From Acutalibacteraceae bacterium (lineage in GTDB: Bacteria; Bacillota; Clostridia; Oscillospirales; Acutalibacteraceae), in NCBI GenBank assembly GCA_045612765.1, contig JAZKZS010000013.1:5275-69274 (forward strand): DNA of 64,000 nucleotides, in the 5' to 3' direction. This document shows, piece after piece, positions 49,652-58,775 of the stretch (the stretch's first letter is position 1; every line of letters starts with the position of its first letter). A model generated the notes under the pieces. That model had not been told where the DNA came from and did not search any database. It saw only the letters and a program-made list of their open reading frames with translations. The position numbers and the translations under genes were made by a program.

Positions 49652-52600
49652 TTAAACAAACCTTACGTTGTCTTCAGTTAAAATTTCACACAATTCACGG
49701 TTTAATTCTCCACATTTTTTAACGTAAAGCGACCTTGGTGCTTCTAAACGCTTGCGCGTATCGTTACAAACGATATAAACGGGGGTGTCGCCCTTATATT
49801 TTGCCAAGGTTTCACGAATTAATGCAAAATTAGGGCTGGCTTGACTTTCTACCCTTAAATAAAGACCTGATTTCACCTTCGGTTTAATTTCTTGTTGGGT
49901 AGAGCCCTTTAAATTTTCGGGTATAAGATCAACCTTTTCAAGCACCAATTCAATATCCCTGTCTTCCCTTTCGGACACGCGGCCTGTTAAAATAACGGGC
50001 TTTGCATCGCTTAAAATGGATTTATAGGTTGAATAGGTATTGGCAAATGCCGTAACGTTAACCGATGCCGAAACGTCTTCAATTATAGCCGTACATAAAA
50101 GGTTGTTATTTTTAAGCTGTCGCACCTTTACTGCGCTTATAATACCTGCTACCGTTACACGCTTACCGTCGGGATATTTACCCATTGTAACTTCGGCTAT
50201 GCTTGTCATTTTTGCGTTTTTAAGAAATTCGGCATAATCGTCCATCGGGTGTCCGGTAAGATAAAGCCCTGTGGCCTCTTTTTCAAGTGATAACAGCACA
50301 TCCTTTGACATTTCAGGCACCTTTATAGGCCCGAAAACATTTGGGGCTCCCATTTCTTCAAACAAATTAAGCTGACCTTGTCCTGAAAAACGGCGTTCGT
50401 TTTCAACGGCTGATAAAACCGCATCGATATTATAAAGCATTTCACGGCGGTTATCACAAACACAATCCAAGGCCCCGCTTTTTATTAAACCTTCCAATGC
50501 TTTGCGGTTAAATTCACGTGAATAATTGCGAAGGCAAAAGTCGTAAAACGATTCATATTTGCCGTTTTCTTGACGTTCATTTATAAGTCGTTCTATAAGC
50601 CCAAGGCCTAAATTTTTAATTGCCAAAAGACCAAAACGAATGTTTTTACCCTCAGGGGTGAAATACTGCAAACTGTGGTTTACCGATGGTGGCAAAATTT
50701 TAATGCCCGTTTTATTACATTCGGCAGTATATTGCGAAATTTTAAGTGGGCTGTCCATCATACTTGTCATTAAAGCGGCAAAATATTCCGATGGGTAATG
50801 ACATTTTAAATATGCAGTGCGATAAGCTACAAAAGAATATGCACAAGCGTGAGCTTTGTTAAACGCATAGGATGAAAAGCTGGACATTTGTTCAAAAATT
50901 CTATTAGCGCTTTCTTCACTAATACCAAAAGCTAAAGCACCTTGGCTTATAACCTTGCCGTCCTTGTCTTTTTCACCGTAAAGGAAGAATTCCTTTTCCC
51001 TTTTCATAACGTCATGCTTCTTTTTAGCCATGGCACGACGAACAATGTCCGCACGACCAAGTGAATAACCTCCCAAAGCCCTAAACACCTGCATTACCTG
51101 TTCCTGATAAACAATACAGCCGTAGGTAATACCCAAAATTGATTCAAGCGCGGGTATATCGTATTTGATTTTATCGGGGTTGTGGCGGTTTTCAATATAC
51201 CTTGGGATAGAGTCCATAGGACCCGGTCGGTAAAGGGATAACACAGCCGTTAAATCTTCAATACTTTCAGGGTTTAACTGACGAAGAACATTTTTCATTC
51301 CGTCCGATTCAAACTGAAACACGCCAAGGGTTTTACCCTTCCCCATCATAGTATATGTCGCCTTATCGTCAAGGGGGATTTTTTCAATATCAAAATCAGG
51401 CTTATACTTGCGGATATAATTTTGGGTATCTTCAATAATGGTTAAATTTCGAAGGCCCAAAAAGTCCATTTTTAAAAGACCAAGCTCTTCAAGTGAGGTC
51501 ATTGTAAACTGTGTTACGGTAGCCTCATCATTAACTGCAAGGGGCACGTATTCGGCCACAGGCTTGTCCGAAATAACAACACCTGCCGCATGGGTTGAAG
51601 CGTGGCGGGGCATACCTTCAAGCTTAATTGCCATATCGATAAGTTCTTTAACGGCGGAATCGTTATTATAAAGTTCACGAAGCTCCTTACCGCCTTCAAG
51701 CGCACGGTCAATAGTCATACCAACTGCTTGAGGTATAAGCTTTGCAACCTTGTCGCACAGTGCATAAGGCACGTCCATAGCACGACCAACGTCACGTATA
51801 GCCGCGCGGGCGGCAAGTGTACCAAAGGTAACAATTTGAGAAACGTGGTCGTCGCCATATTTTTCAATAACGTAATCAATAACCTTTTGGCGATTAACGT
51901 AGCAAAAGTCAATATCAAAATCAGGCATTGAAACACGTTCGGGGTTTAAAAAGCGTTCAAAGTACAAATCGTATTTAATCGGGTCAATACCTGTAATACC
52001 AACACATTGCGCGGCAAGTGACGCCGCACCCGAGCCACGACCGGGGCCAACCGGAATATTATGTGTTTTAGCATAATTTACAAAGTCGGCTACTATTAAA
52101 AAGTAGTCAACGTAACCCATTTTATTAATAATTGAAAGCTCGTAATTTAAACGGTCGATATATTCCTGCTTGGGATTTTGACCGTAAATTTTATAAAGCC
52201 CGTCAAAGCATTTTTCTTTAAAATATTCAAAATGGTCATGGTCACCTATATCAAAGTGTGGCAATTTAATTTTACCAAATTCAAAGGTGACGTTGCATTT
52301 TTCGGCGATTTTATTTGTATTTTCAAGCGCTTCAGGGGTATTACCGAAAAGCTCCGCCATTTGTTCATGGCTTTTTAAATAAAATTCATTAGTTTTAAAT
52401 TCTAAAATATTATCCTCGGTGATTTTGGTTGCAGTTTGAATACACACCAAAACCTTATGCATTTTATAATCGTCTTCATTTATATAATGCACGTCGTTTG
52501 TGGCAACAAGGGGTATATCACATTCATTAGCAATGCGAATAATTTGAGGATTTACAAGCTTTTGCTCCCCAATGCCGTGGTCCTGAATTTCAAGGTAAAA

Positions 52601-53101
52601 ATCTTCCCCAAAGACCGACTTATACCAAAGTGCCGTTTCCTTTGCTTTATCATATTCGCCGTTCATTAAAGCACGGGGAATTTCACCCGCCAAGCAAGCC
52701 GAAAGACATACTAAACCCTTTGAATATTTTTGCAATAATTCACGGTCAACGCGGGGCTTTGAATAAAAGCCTTCGGGAAAGCCTGCCGACACTAATTTAA
52801 TTAAATTTTGGTAACCCTCGTTATCCTTACACAAAAGCACCAAATGGGTGTTACCGTCAAGCCCCTTTTGTTTATCAAAACGGCCACGGGTAGCGACGTA
52901 AACCTCGCACCCGATAATCGGCTTTACACCCTTACTAATAGCATATTTATAAAAATCTATCACGCCGTACATAACGCCGTGGTCGGTGATGGCAATACTT
53001 TTTTGACCCATTTCGGCCGCACGGTCTATAAGCTTTTTAATACGGGCGCAACCGTCTAATAAGCTATACTCGGTATGCACGTGCAAATGCGTGAAATTCA
53101 T
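49652..53101 (-). CDS. dnaE: DNA polymerase III alpha subunit (DnaE type)
   Basis: PHP-domain start FTHLHVHTEYSLLDG and a length of about 1150 aa. The ATG at 53101 lies 9 nt after AAGGAG. The ATG at 53110 abuts the SD and is less likely. Confidence 0.95.
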   Translation of the reverse strand: MNFTHLHVHTEYSLLDGCARIKKLIDRAAEMGQKSIAITDHGVMYGVIDFYKYAISKGVKPIIGCEVYVATRGRFDKQKGLDGNTHLVLLCKDNEGYQNLIKLVSAGFPEGFYSKPRVDRELLQKYSKGLVCLSACLAGEIPRALMNGEYDKAKETALWYKSVFGEDFYLEIQDHGIGEQKLVNPQIIRIANECDIPLVATNDVHYINEDDYKMHKVLVCIQTATKITEDNILEFKTNEFYLKSHEQMAELFGNTPEALENTNKIAEKCNVTFEFGKIKLPHFDIGDHDHFEYFKEKCFDGLYKIYGQNPKQEYIDRLNYELSIINKMGYVDYFLIVADFVNYAKTHNIPVGPGRGSGAASLAAQCVGITGIDPIKYDLYFERFLNPERVSMPDFDIDFCYVNRQKVIDYVIEKYGDDHVSQIVTFGTLAARAAIRDVGRAMDVPYALCDKVAKLIPQAVGMTIDRALEGGKELRELYNNDSAVKELIDMAIKLEGMPRHASTHAAGVVISDKPVAEYVPLAVNDEATVTQFTMTSLEELGLLKMDFLGLRNLTIIEDTQNYIRKYKPDFDIEKIPLDDKATYTMMGKGKTLGVFQFESDGMKNVLRQLNPESIEDLTAVLSLYRPGPMDSIPRYIENRHNPDKIKYDIPALESILGITYGCIVYQEQVMQVFRALGGYSLGRADIVRRAMAKKKHDVMKREKEFFLYGEKDKDGKVISQGALAFGISEESANRIFEQMSSFSSYAFNKAHACAYSFVAYRTAYLKCHYPSEYFAALMTSMMDSPLKISQYTAECNKTGIKILPPSVNHSLQYFTPEGKNIRFGLLAIKNLGLGLIERLINERQENGKYESFYDFCLRNYSREFNRKALEGLIKSGALDCVCDNRREMLYNIDAVLSAVENERRFSGQGQLNLFEEMGAPNVFGPIKVPEMSKDVLLSLEKEATGLYLTGHPMDDYAEFLKNAKMTSIAEVTMGKYPDGKRVTVAGIISAVKVRQLKNNNLLCTAIIEDVSASVNVTAFANTYSTYKSILSDAKPVILTGRVSEREDRDIELVLEKVDLIPENLKGSTQQEIKPKVKSGLYLRVESQASPNFALIRETLAKYKGDTPVYIVCNDTRKRLEAPRSLYVKKCGELNRELCEILTEDNVRFV

Positions 53102-53117
53102 AATTGCCATCTCCTTT

Positions 53118-53495
53118 TTATTTAATGCCTTCCCCTTGAGGGGAAGGTGCCGAATATAATGAGGCGGATGAGGTGGAAATATATCTTAATATTTCTTCAC
53201 AAACGCCTCTGAAATTATTATCCACATCATAATTTGAATATCTCAAAACAGTCAAACCTAATGATTTAAAATATTCATCTCTTGTTTTATCATTTTCTAT
53301 CCCAAGCGGTTCAAAATGTTGCGAACCGTCAAGCTCGATTATAAGCTTTGCCGAAGCACAATAAAAATCAACAATATAGCACCCTATAACCTTTTGGCGA
53401 TTAAAATTCACAGATAATCCTTTTAAAAAATCAAACCATAAATGTCTTTCATGTCTTGTCATATTACGACGAAGTGTTTGTGAATTACGAGTCAA
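53118..53495 (-). CDS. DUF559 endonuclease-domain protein (Vsr/restriction-endonuclease-like fold)
   Basis: The stretch LRRNMTRHERHLWFDFLKG...NRQKVIGCYIVDFYCASAKLIIELDGSQH...LTVLRYSNYDV matches the DUF559 pattern. An in-frame ATG at 53519 with an SD lies 8 codons upstream but is cut off by a TAA at 53496-53498. Confidence 0.8.
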   Translation of the reverse strand: MTRNSQTLRRNMTRHERHLWFDFLKGLSVNFNRQKVIGCYIVDFYCASAKLIIELDGSQHFEPLGIENDKTRDEYFKSLGLTVLRYSNYDVDNNFRGVCEEILRYISTSSASLYSAPSPQGEGIK

Positions 53496-53568
53496 TTAAG
53501 GATTATTAATTGTGTTCATTTAACACCTCATCCGTCACTACGTGACACCTTCCCCTCAAGGGGAAGGC
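53127..53568 (-). mobile_element. hairpin-bounded DUF559 cassette (putative selfish mini-element)
   Basis: There is a perfect 23-bp terminal inverted repeat: 53127-53149 is the reverse complement of 53546-53568, and each copy forms a CCTTCCCC/GGGGAAGG hairpin. A second inverted pair lies inside (53165-53175 vs 53524-53534). The only ORF inside is a DUF559 endonuclease. Confidence 0.55.
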
Positions 53569-54451
53569 TTTGTTCGTAAATTTCAATAATCTTATTTAGC
53601 CTGTGATTAAGTCCCGAAACTGTAATAGGTGTGGGTGAAATTTTGCAAAGCTCTTTAAGTGTTGCTTCGGGGTTGTTTTTACGCAAAAGCGCCGCGTCCA
53701 AAAGCTCTTGCGGTAGGCTTAAAAGCCTGTCCGCCTGTTCTAAATATTCAATGGCGGTGCGCTGCTTTAGTGAAGCCTCAACCGTTTTTGTAATATTTGC
53801 ATTATCACAATTTCGTTGGCGGTTAATTTTATTTTTAACACTTTTCATTATTTTAGCATCCATAATTTCAAGTGTGCGGTTAGTGTCGCCCATAAGGGTT
53901 AAAAGGTCCTCAATCATACTGCTGTCTTTAGTGTAAAGCACAGTAGCAGTTCCCCTTTGGGTTTTCTTCATAAAAATATCATACTGCTGTAAAAGGTTGT
54001 CCAAATCGTTTGCAAGCGCTTCATTTTTAACCGAAAATTCGGCACGGTATTCTTTTTCGGGGTCGTTAATATTACCGCAAGCCAAAAAAGCACCGCGAAT
54101 AAAGCTTAAAGGGCAACATTCCCTTGTAAAAAGACTGCGGTCAATAACCGTATCACTAATGCCAAAGTCGATAAGCGCCAAAATTTTAAGTCGGTCAGAG
54201 GCCGATTCCACCTCGGCTTTATATGTAGGTCTTTTACTGCCACCACAGGTAATTTTAACCTCGGCACCATAATTGAACTTAATTAAATCGGCATAGGCCT
54301 TGGCAACATTTTCGTTACCTGTTTGAAGGGCTATTCTTTTTATGCAAAAAGACCTTCCGAAAAGCATAAACCCATATATATATGACGGCTTACAGCAGGC
54401 GGATGGTCTTATGGCGATAAGTTCGTTTTTAACGTCGCTACAAAAGGACAT
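53528..54451 (-). CDS. whiA: DNA-binding protein WhiA
   Basis: Has MSFCSDVKNELI and a C-terminal HTH (ELCKISPTPITVSGLNHRLNKI). The last 13 codons run into the cassette repeat. Confidence 0.9.
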   Translation of the reverse strand: MSFCSDVKNELIAIRPSACCKPSYIYGFMLFGRSFCIKRIALQTGNENVAKAYADLIKFNYGAEVKITCGGSKRPTYKAEVESASDRLKILALIDFGISDTVIDRSLFTRECCPLSFIRGAFLACGNINDPEKEYRAEFSVKNEALANDLDNLLQQYDIFMKKTQRGTATVLYTKDSSMIEDLLTLMGDTNRTLEIMDAKIMKSVKNKINRQRNCDNANITKTVEASLKQRTAIEYLEQADRLLSLPQELLDAALLRKNNPEATLKELCKISPTPITVSGLNHRLNKIIEIYEQSLPLEGKVSRSDG

Positions 54452-54460
54452 TTTATTCTC

Positions 54461-54742
54461 CTAAATTAATTTCCAAATAATTATTTGTGGTTTATCTTTT
54501 GCCTTTGCCTTTAAAACAACAAGCTGTGTTTTATCGGTCACAAGCAAAAATGCAAGGTTTTTATCTTCGTTTTTAAGCTCAGCGGTGTAGTAAATTTTAT
54601 TATCGTCAAAAATTTTTTGTATATCACCGTTTGGAAGCCTTACTTCAAAATTTATTGCGCCTCCCTTATGCCCGTAAAGCTTTGAAAGAGGCGGCATATC
54701 GGGAATATTTAATTGGTTAAAAGCATTTATTAAAGTTTGCAT
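54461..54742 (-). CDS. hypothetical small protein (93 aa)
   Basis: Tightly packed between murB and whiA. I recognise no family. Confidence 0.5.
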   Translation of the reverse strand: MQTLINAFNQLNIPDMPPLSKLYGHKGGAINFEVRLPNGDIQKIFDDNKIYYTAELKNEDKNLAFLLVTDKTQLVVLKAKAKDKPQIIIWKLI

Positions 54743-54744
54743 CG

Positions 54745-55641
54745 TTATTCCCTGCCTATAAATATAATTTCAGGTTCTAATTCTACGCCGTTATTTTCCT
54801 TAACCGTGTTTTTAATTTTTGCCATTAAGCCCTTAACGTCAGCGGCAGAGGCATTGTTGTAATTAATAACAAAGCCTGCGTGCTTTTCGCTTACCATTGC
54901 ACCACCGAGTGATACACCCTTAAGGTTGTTTTGTTCAATAAGCGCACCCGCAAAATAGCCCGTTGGGCGCTTAAAGGTACTGCCTGCGCTTGGATATTCA
55001 AGTGGCTGTTTAGATATGCGACGACCCATATAATCGTCCATAGCGGCTTTAATACTACTACTTTCACCCTCGCTTAGCTTAAAGGTTGCCGACAGTATAA
55101 TACCGCCGTTTTGTTTAAAAATGCTTGTGCGGTAACCAAGCGCCATATCTTCAACTTTTATAGTTACAACTTGACCTTCTTTAGTTAAATATTCGGCTTT
55201 AACAACGGTATTTGAAAATTCGCCGCCGTATGCACCTGCATTCATATAAAGACCGCCGCCCACACTACCGGGTATACCGTAAGCAAATTCAAGCCCTGAA
55301 AGGCTGTTATTTAATGCTGTGGTGCAAAGATTAGCAACGCTTACCCCTGCGCCTGCGGTAATTTCGTTACCATTTACACTAATCTCGCAAAGCCCTAACA
55401 TAGAAATTACAACACCTTCAACGCCATTGTCGGACACCAAAAGGTTAGAGCCCTTGCCAAGTATGAAAATTGGTAAATTTAATTCCTTGGCCTTTTCAAT
55501 AACCGCTTTAAGCTGGTCGGTATTTTTAGGCATAACGAAATAATCACAACCTCCGCCAATTTTAAAGCTTGTGTGATTTTTCATGGGCTCGTTTTGTTTA
55601 ATTTCAATGCTTTGCGCTTTGCAAAATGTTAAAAAAGGCAT
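54745..55641 (-). CDS. murB: UDP-N-acetylmuramate dehydrogenase
   Basis: Contains MKNHTSFKIGG...GKGSNLL...GSVGG...PSAGSTFKRP. Confidence 0.9.
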   Translation of the reverse strand: MPFLTFCKAQSIEIKQNEPMKNHTSFKIGGGCDYFVMPKNTDQLKAVIEKAKELNLPIFILGKGSNLLVSDNGVEGVVISMLGLCEISVNGNEITAGAGVSVANLCTTALNNSLSGLEFAYGIPGSVGGGLYMNAGAYGGEFSNTVVKAEYLTKEGQVVTIKVEDMALGYRTSIFKQNGGIILSATFKLSEGESSSIKAAMDDYMGRRISKQPLEYPSAGSTFKRPTGYFAGALIEQNNLKGVSLGGAMVSEKHAGFVINYNNASAADVKGLMAKIKNTVKENNGVELEPEIIFIGRE

Positions 55642-55655
55642 TTTTAAAAACTCCT

Positions 55656-56612
55656 TTAAAATGCTTCAACGGTTGTATCGGTTGGGTCTTCCTCGGTCAT
55701 ACCAAGCTTTTTAAGTAAATCCTCAGCCGCATTGTAGCCAAGCTTCTTTTGGCGGTGGTTCATAGCGGCAACCTCGATAATAACCGCAAGGTTACGACCG
55801 GGCTTTACAGGAATTGTAAGTGAAGGAACGTTAAGACCCAAAATTTCGGTGGTTTGCTGTTCAAGACCGATTCGGTCGTACATTTTTGTAACGTCCCATT
55901 GTTCAATGTTAATTACAAGGTCAATCTTTTCGGTCAGCTTTACTGCACCCGCACCAAATATACGGCTGGCATTAATAATGCCTATGCCACGAAGTTCAAT
56001 AAAATGACGGATATTATCGGGCGCTGTACCAACAAGTGACTTATCAGAAACACGGCGAATTTCAACCGCATCGTCAGCAATAAGGCGGTGACCACGTTTT
56101 ACAAGTTCAATTGCGGTTTCACTTTTACCAACGCCGCTGTCACCCATAAGCAAAATACCTTCACCGTAAACTTCAACCAAAACACCGTGCTGTGTCATAC
56201 GGGGTGCAAGGTTAAGGTTTAAAAAGGCAATAAGCGCTGCCGAAAAAGCAGAGGTCGACTCGCTTGTTTTTAAAAGCGGAATGCCACATTCCTTTGCAAT
56301 TTCAATATATTTGTCGCCAAATTCTAAATCACGGCAAACAACAACGGCCGACGGCTTTTTAGCAAAAAAGTCACGAATTCTTTGCTCGGCCTTTTCGGGC
56401 GTAAAGCGTTCAATAAAGCTTTCCTCGCTTTTACCTATAACTTGAATACGGCGTTCGTCAAAAAACTCATAATAGCCCGCCATTTGTAAACCGGGGCGGT
56501 TAATTTCGTTTGAAGAAATTAAAATTTCAGACAATGGTGTAGGCGCATTAAGCACCCTAAGTGAAAATTCGTTAACAATTTTTTCAAGGGATACGGTGTA
56601 TTTTGAATTCAT
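55656..56612 (-). CDS. hprK: HPr kinase/phosphorylase
   Basis: Walker A GDSGVGKSE and signature IELRGIGIIN. Confidence 0.95.
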   Translation of the reverse strand: MNSKYTVSLEKIVNEFSLRVLNAPTPLSEILISSNEINRPGLQMAGYYEFFDERRIQVIGKSEESFIERFTPEKAEQRIRDFFAKKPSAVVVCRDLEFGDKYIEIAKECGIPLLKTSESTSAFSAALIAFLNLNLAPRMTQHGVLVEVYGEGILLMGDSGVGKSETAIELVKRGHRLIADDAVEIRRVSDKSLVGTAPDNIRHFIELRGIGIINASRIFGAGAVKLTEKIDLVINIEQWDVTKMYDRIGLEQQTTEILGLNVPSLTIPVKPGRNLAVIIEVAAMNHRQKKLGYNAAEDLLKKLGMTEEDPTDTTVEAF

Positions 56613-56699
56613 AATATACCACCTTATAATTTATTCAAAGTCATTATAATATATTTTTTGCAAAAAGGCAAAGCATTTTATGTAAAAATTAACTTTTTC

Positions 56700-56728
56700 T
56701 TGCCAATAACGACATTTGGCTGTATAAT
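56700..56728 (+). promoter_or_regulatory. sigma-A type promoter for ychF
   Basis: TTGCCA, a 17-nt spacer, then TATAAT. Confidence 0.6.
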
Positions 56729-56763
56729 TAACAGGATAATTTTCTAAAAAGGATGAAAAAATT

Positions 56764-57864
56764 ATGAAACTAGGTATGGTAGGTTTACCAAACGTTGGTA
56801 AATCAACACTTTTTAACGCTATTACAAACGCTGGTGCTCAGTCGGCAAACTACCCCTTTTGCACTATCGAGCCTAACGTTGGTATGGTAAGCGTACCCGA
56901 TGAAAGACTTGAAAAATTAGCTGAAATTTATCAGCCCAATAAGTTTACCCCCGCTGTTATTGAGTTTGTAGATATTGCAGGTCTTGTAAAGGGCGCTTCT
57001 AAGGGTGAAGGTCTTGGCAATAAATTCCTTTCAAATATTCGTGAGGTTGACGCTATTGTTCACGTTGTACGTTGCTTTGAAAGTGACGATATTATTCACG
57101 TTGAAGGCTCGGTTGACCCCGCACGTGACATTGAAACCATTAATTTAGAGCTTGTTTTTTCAGATATGGAAATGGTTACCCGCCGTTTAGATAAAGCAAC
57201 AAAGGCATTAAAGGGTGACAAAAAAATGCAGGGCGAGGTTGACTTTTTAAAGCGCCTTTTGGAACACCTTGAAAACGGACAACCTGCAAGAAGCATTGAA
57301 ATTAATGATGAAACCGAACAAGAAATTATTAATACCACCGCACTTTTATCAGCAAAACCTGTTATTTACGCTTGTAATATGAGCGAGGATGATTTTGTAA
57401 ACGGAATTGACAGTAATAAAAATTATAAAACCGTGCAAACTATTGCTGAAAGCGAAAAAGCAGAAATTTTACCTATTTGCGCCGCTTTAGAAGCTGAAAT
57501 TTCAGGTCTTTCTGATGAAGAAAAGGTAATGTTTTTAGAAGAATTGGGTCTTGAGCGTAGCGGTCTTGACCGTATGATTCAAAAATGCTATGCCCTTTTA
57601 GGTCTTATTTCCTACCTTACTGCAGGTAAGGATGAGGTGCGCGCTTGGACAATTACTGTTGGTACAAAAGCGCCTCAGGCAGCAGGCAAAATTCACACCG
57701 ACTTTGAACGTGGCTTTATTCGTGCCGAGGTTATTAACTTTACCGAATTTATGGAATGTAACGGGAATATGGTTACCGCCAAGGAAAAAGGCTTAGTTAG
57801 AAGCGAAGGCAAGGAATATATTATGAAGGACGGCGACATTGTTCTTTTCCGCTTTAACGTTTAA
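56764..57864 (+). CDS. ychF: redox-regulated ATPase YchF
   Basis: Has [16 protein letters not shown] and a C-terminal TGS/YchF domain. Confidence 0.95.
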   Translation: MKLGMVGLPNVGKSTLFNAITNAGAQSANYPFCTIEPNVGMVSVPDERLEKLAEIYQPNKFTPAVIEFVDIAGLVKGASKGEGLGNKFLSNIREVDAIVHVVRCFESDDIIHVEGSVDPARDIETINLELVFSDMEMVTRRLDKATKALKGDKKMQGEVDFLKRLLEHLENGQPARSIEINDETEQEIINTTALLSAKPVIYACNMSEDDFVNGIDSNKNYKTVQTIAESEKAEILPICAALEAEISGLSDEEKVMFLEELGLERSGLDRMIQKCYALLGLISYLTAGKDEVRAWTITVGTKAPQAAGKIHTDFERGFIRAEVINFTEFMECNGNMVTAKEKGLVRSEGKEYIMKDGDIVLFRFNV

Positions 57865-57877
57865 TTAGGAGAAAATC

Positions 57878-58570
57878 ATGCTGTTTTACTATGGTTTGGA
57901 CTATTATTATTTAGTCTTGGTTTTACCTGCGATTTTGCTTATGATGATTGCACAATTTTCGGTAAAATCCACCTTTTCAAAATATTCGCAAAAGCTTTGC
58001 AACATAACAGGCGCCGAGGCTGCTCGCCGTGTCCTTAACGCAAATGGCGTAAGCGGTGTAAAAATCGAACGTGTTTCGGGAAATTTAACCGACCATTTTG
58101 ACCCCAAAACTAACGTTATTCGCTTATCTGATGCGGTTTATAACAGCAATTCGGTTGCCGCCGCAGGCGTTGCCGCACACGAAGCAGGGCACGCAGTGCA
58201 ATACGCCTTAAACTATGCACCAATAAAAATTCGTGGCGCAATTTACCCTGTTTGCAACTTAGGCTCCAAACTCGCTATTCCCCTTGTTATGTTCGGCTTT
58301 TTATTCAGTTTTTATTATTTAATTGATTTGGGCATTATCTTTTTTGCATTGGCACTTTTGTTTCAGCTTGTTACCCTGCCGGTTGAATTTAATGCTTCCC
58401 GCCGTGCGATAAATGCCCTTTCAGGATATGGCATTTTAGCGAATGAAGACGAAGTAAAGGGCGCTAAAAAAGTGCTTTTTGCCGCCGCAATGACATACGT
58501 AACATCATTCCTTGTGTCATTGGCACAATTACTTCGTTTACTAGCCCTTGCAAACAGACGAAGAAGATAA
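57878..58570 (+). CDS. membrane zinc metallopeptidase (YugP-like, Zn_peptidase_2)
   Basis: HEAGHAVQ motif with N- and C-terminal TM helices. Confidence 0.8.
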   Translation: MLFYYGLDYYYLVLVLPAILLMMIAQFSVKSTFSKYSQKLCNITGAEAARRVLNANGVSGVKIERVSGNLTDHFDPKTNVIRLSDAVYNSNSVAAAGVAAHEAGHAVQYALNYAPIKIRGAIYPVCNLGSKLAIPLVMFGFLFSFYYLIDLGIIFFALALLFQLVTLPVEFNASRRAINALSGYGILANEDEVKGAKKVLFAAAMTYVTSFLVSLAQLLRLLALANRRRR

Positions 58571-58575
58571 AATTA

Positions 58576-58607
58576 AAGTACGGTAGATTATCTGCCGTAC
58601 TTTTTTT
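58576..58607 (+). terminator. terminator after the metallopeptidase gene
   Basis: Stem GTACGG..CCGTAC followed by T7. Confidence 0.75.
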
Positions 58608-58629
58608 ACACTTTTATACTTCAAATTAT

Positions 58630-58745
58630 AGTTTATCGCTGCGCGATTAAATAATAAATAATAAAATTGATGTCGGCTTTGCCGACATATTTATATGTCG
58701 TGGCATAGGCACACATTTTTTTCTTATTCGTTTTTTATTATTCAT
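58630..58745 (+). repeat. structured AT-armed element A (same family as 62745-62850)
   Basis: The element begins with AGTTTATCGCT, which also starts element C at 33170. It then has hairpin ATCGC-TGC-GCGAT and an AT-rich arm TAAATAATAAATAATAAAATTG. Two more hairpins follow: ATGTCGGC..GCCGACAT (58670-58688) and one at 58696-58715. The right arm ends ...TTTTTTATTATTCATT. Confidence 0.65.
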
Positions 58746-58775
58746 TAAATCAAAGAAATCGGAGTTAATATATTT

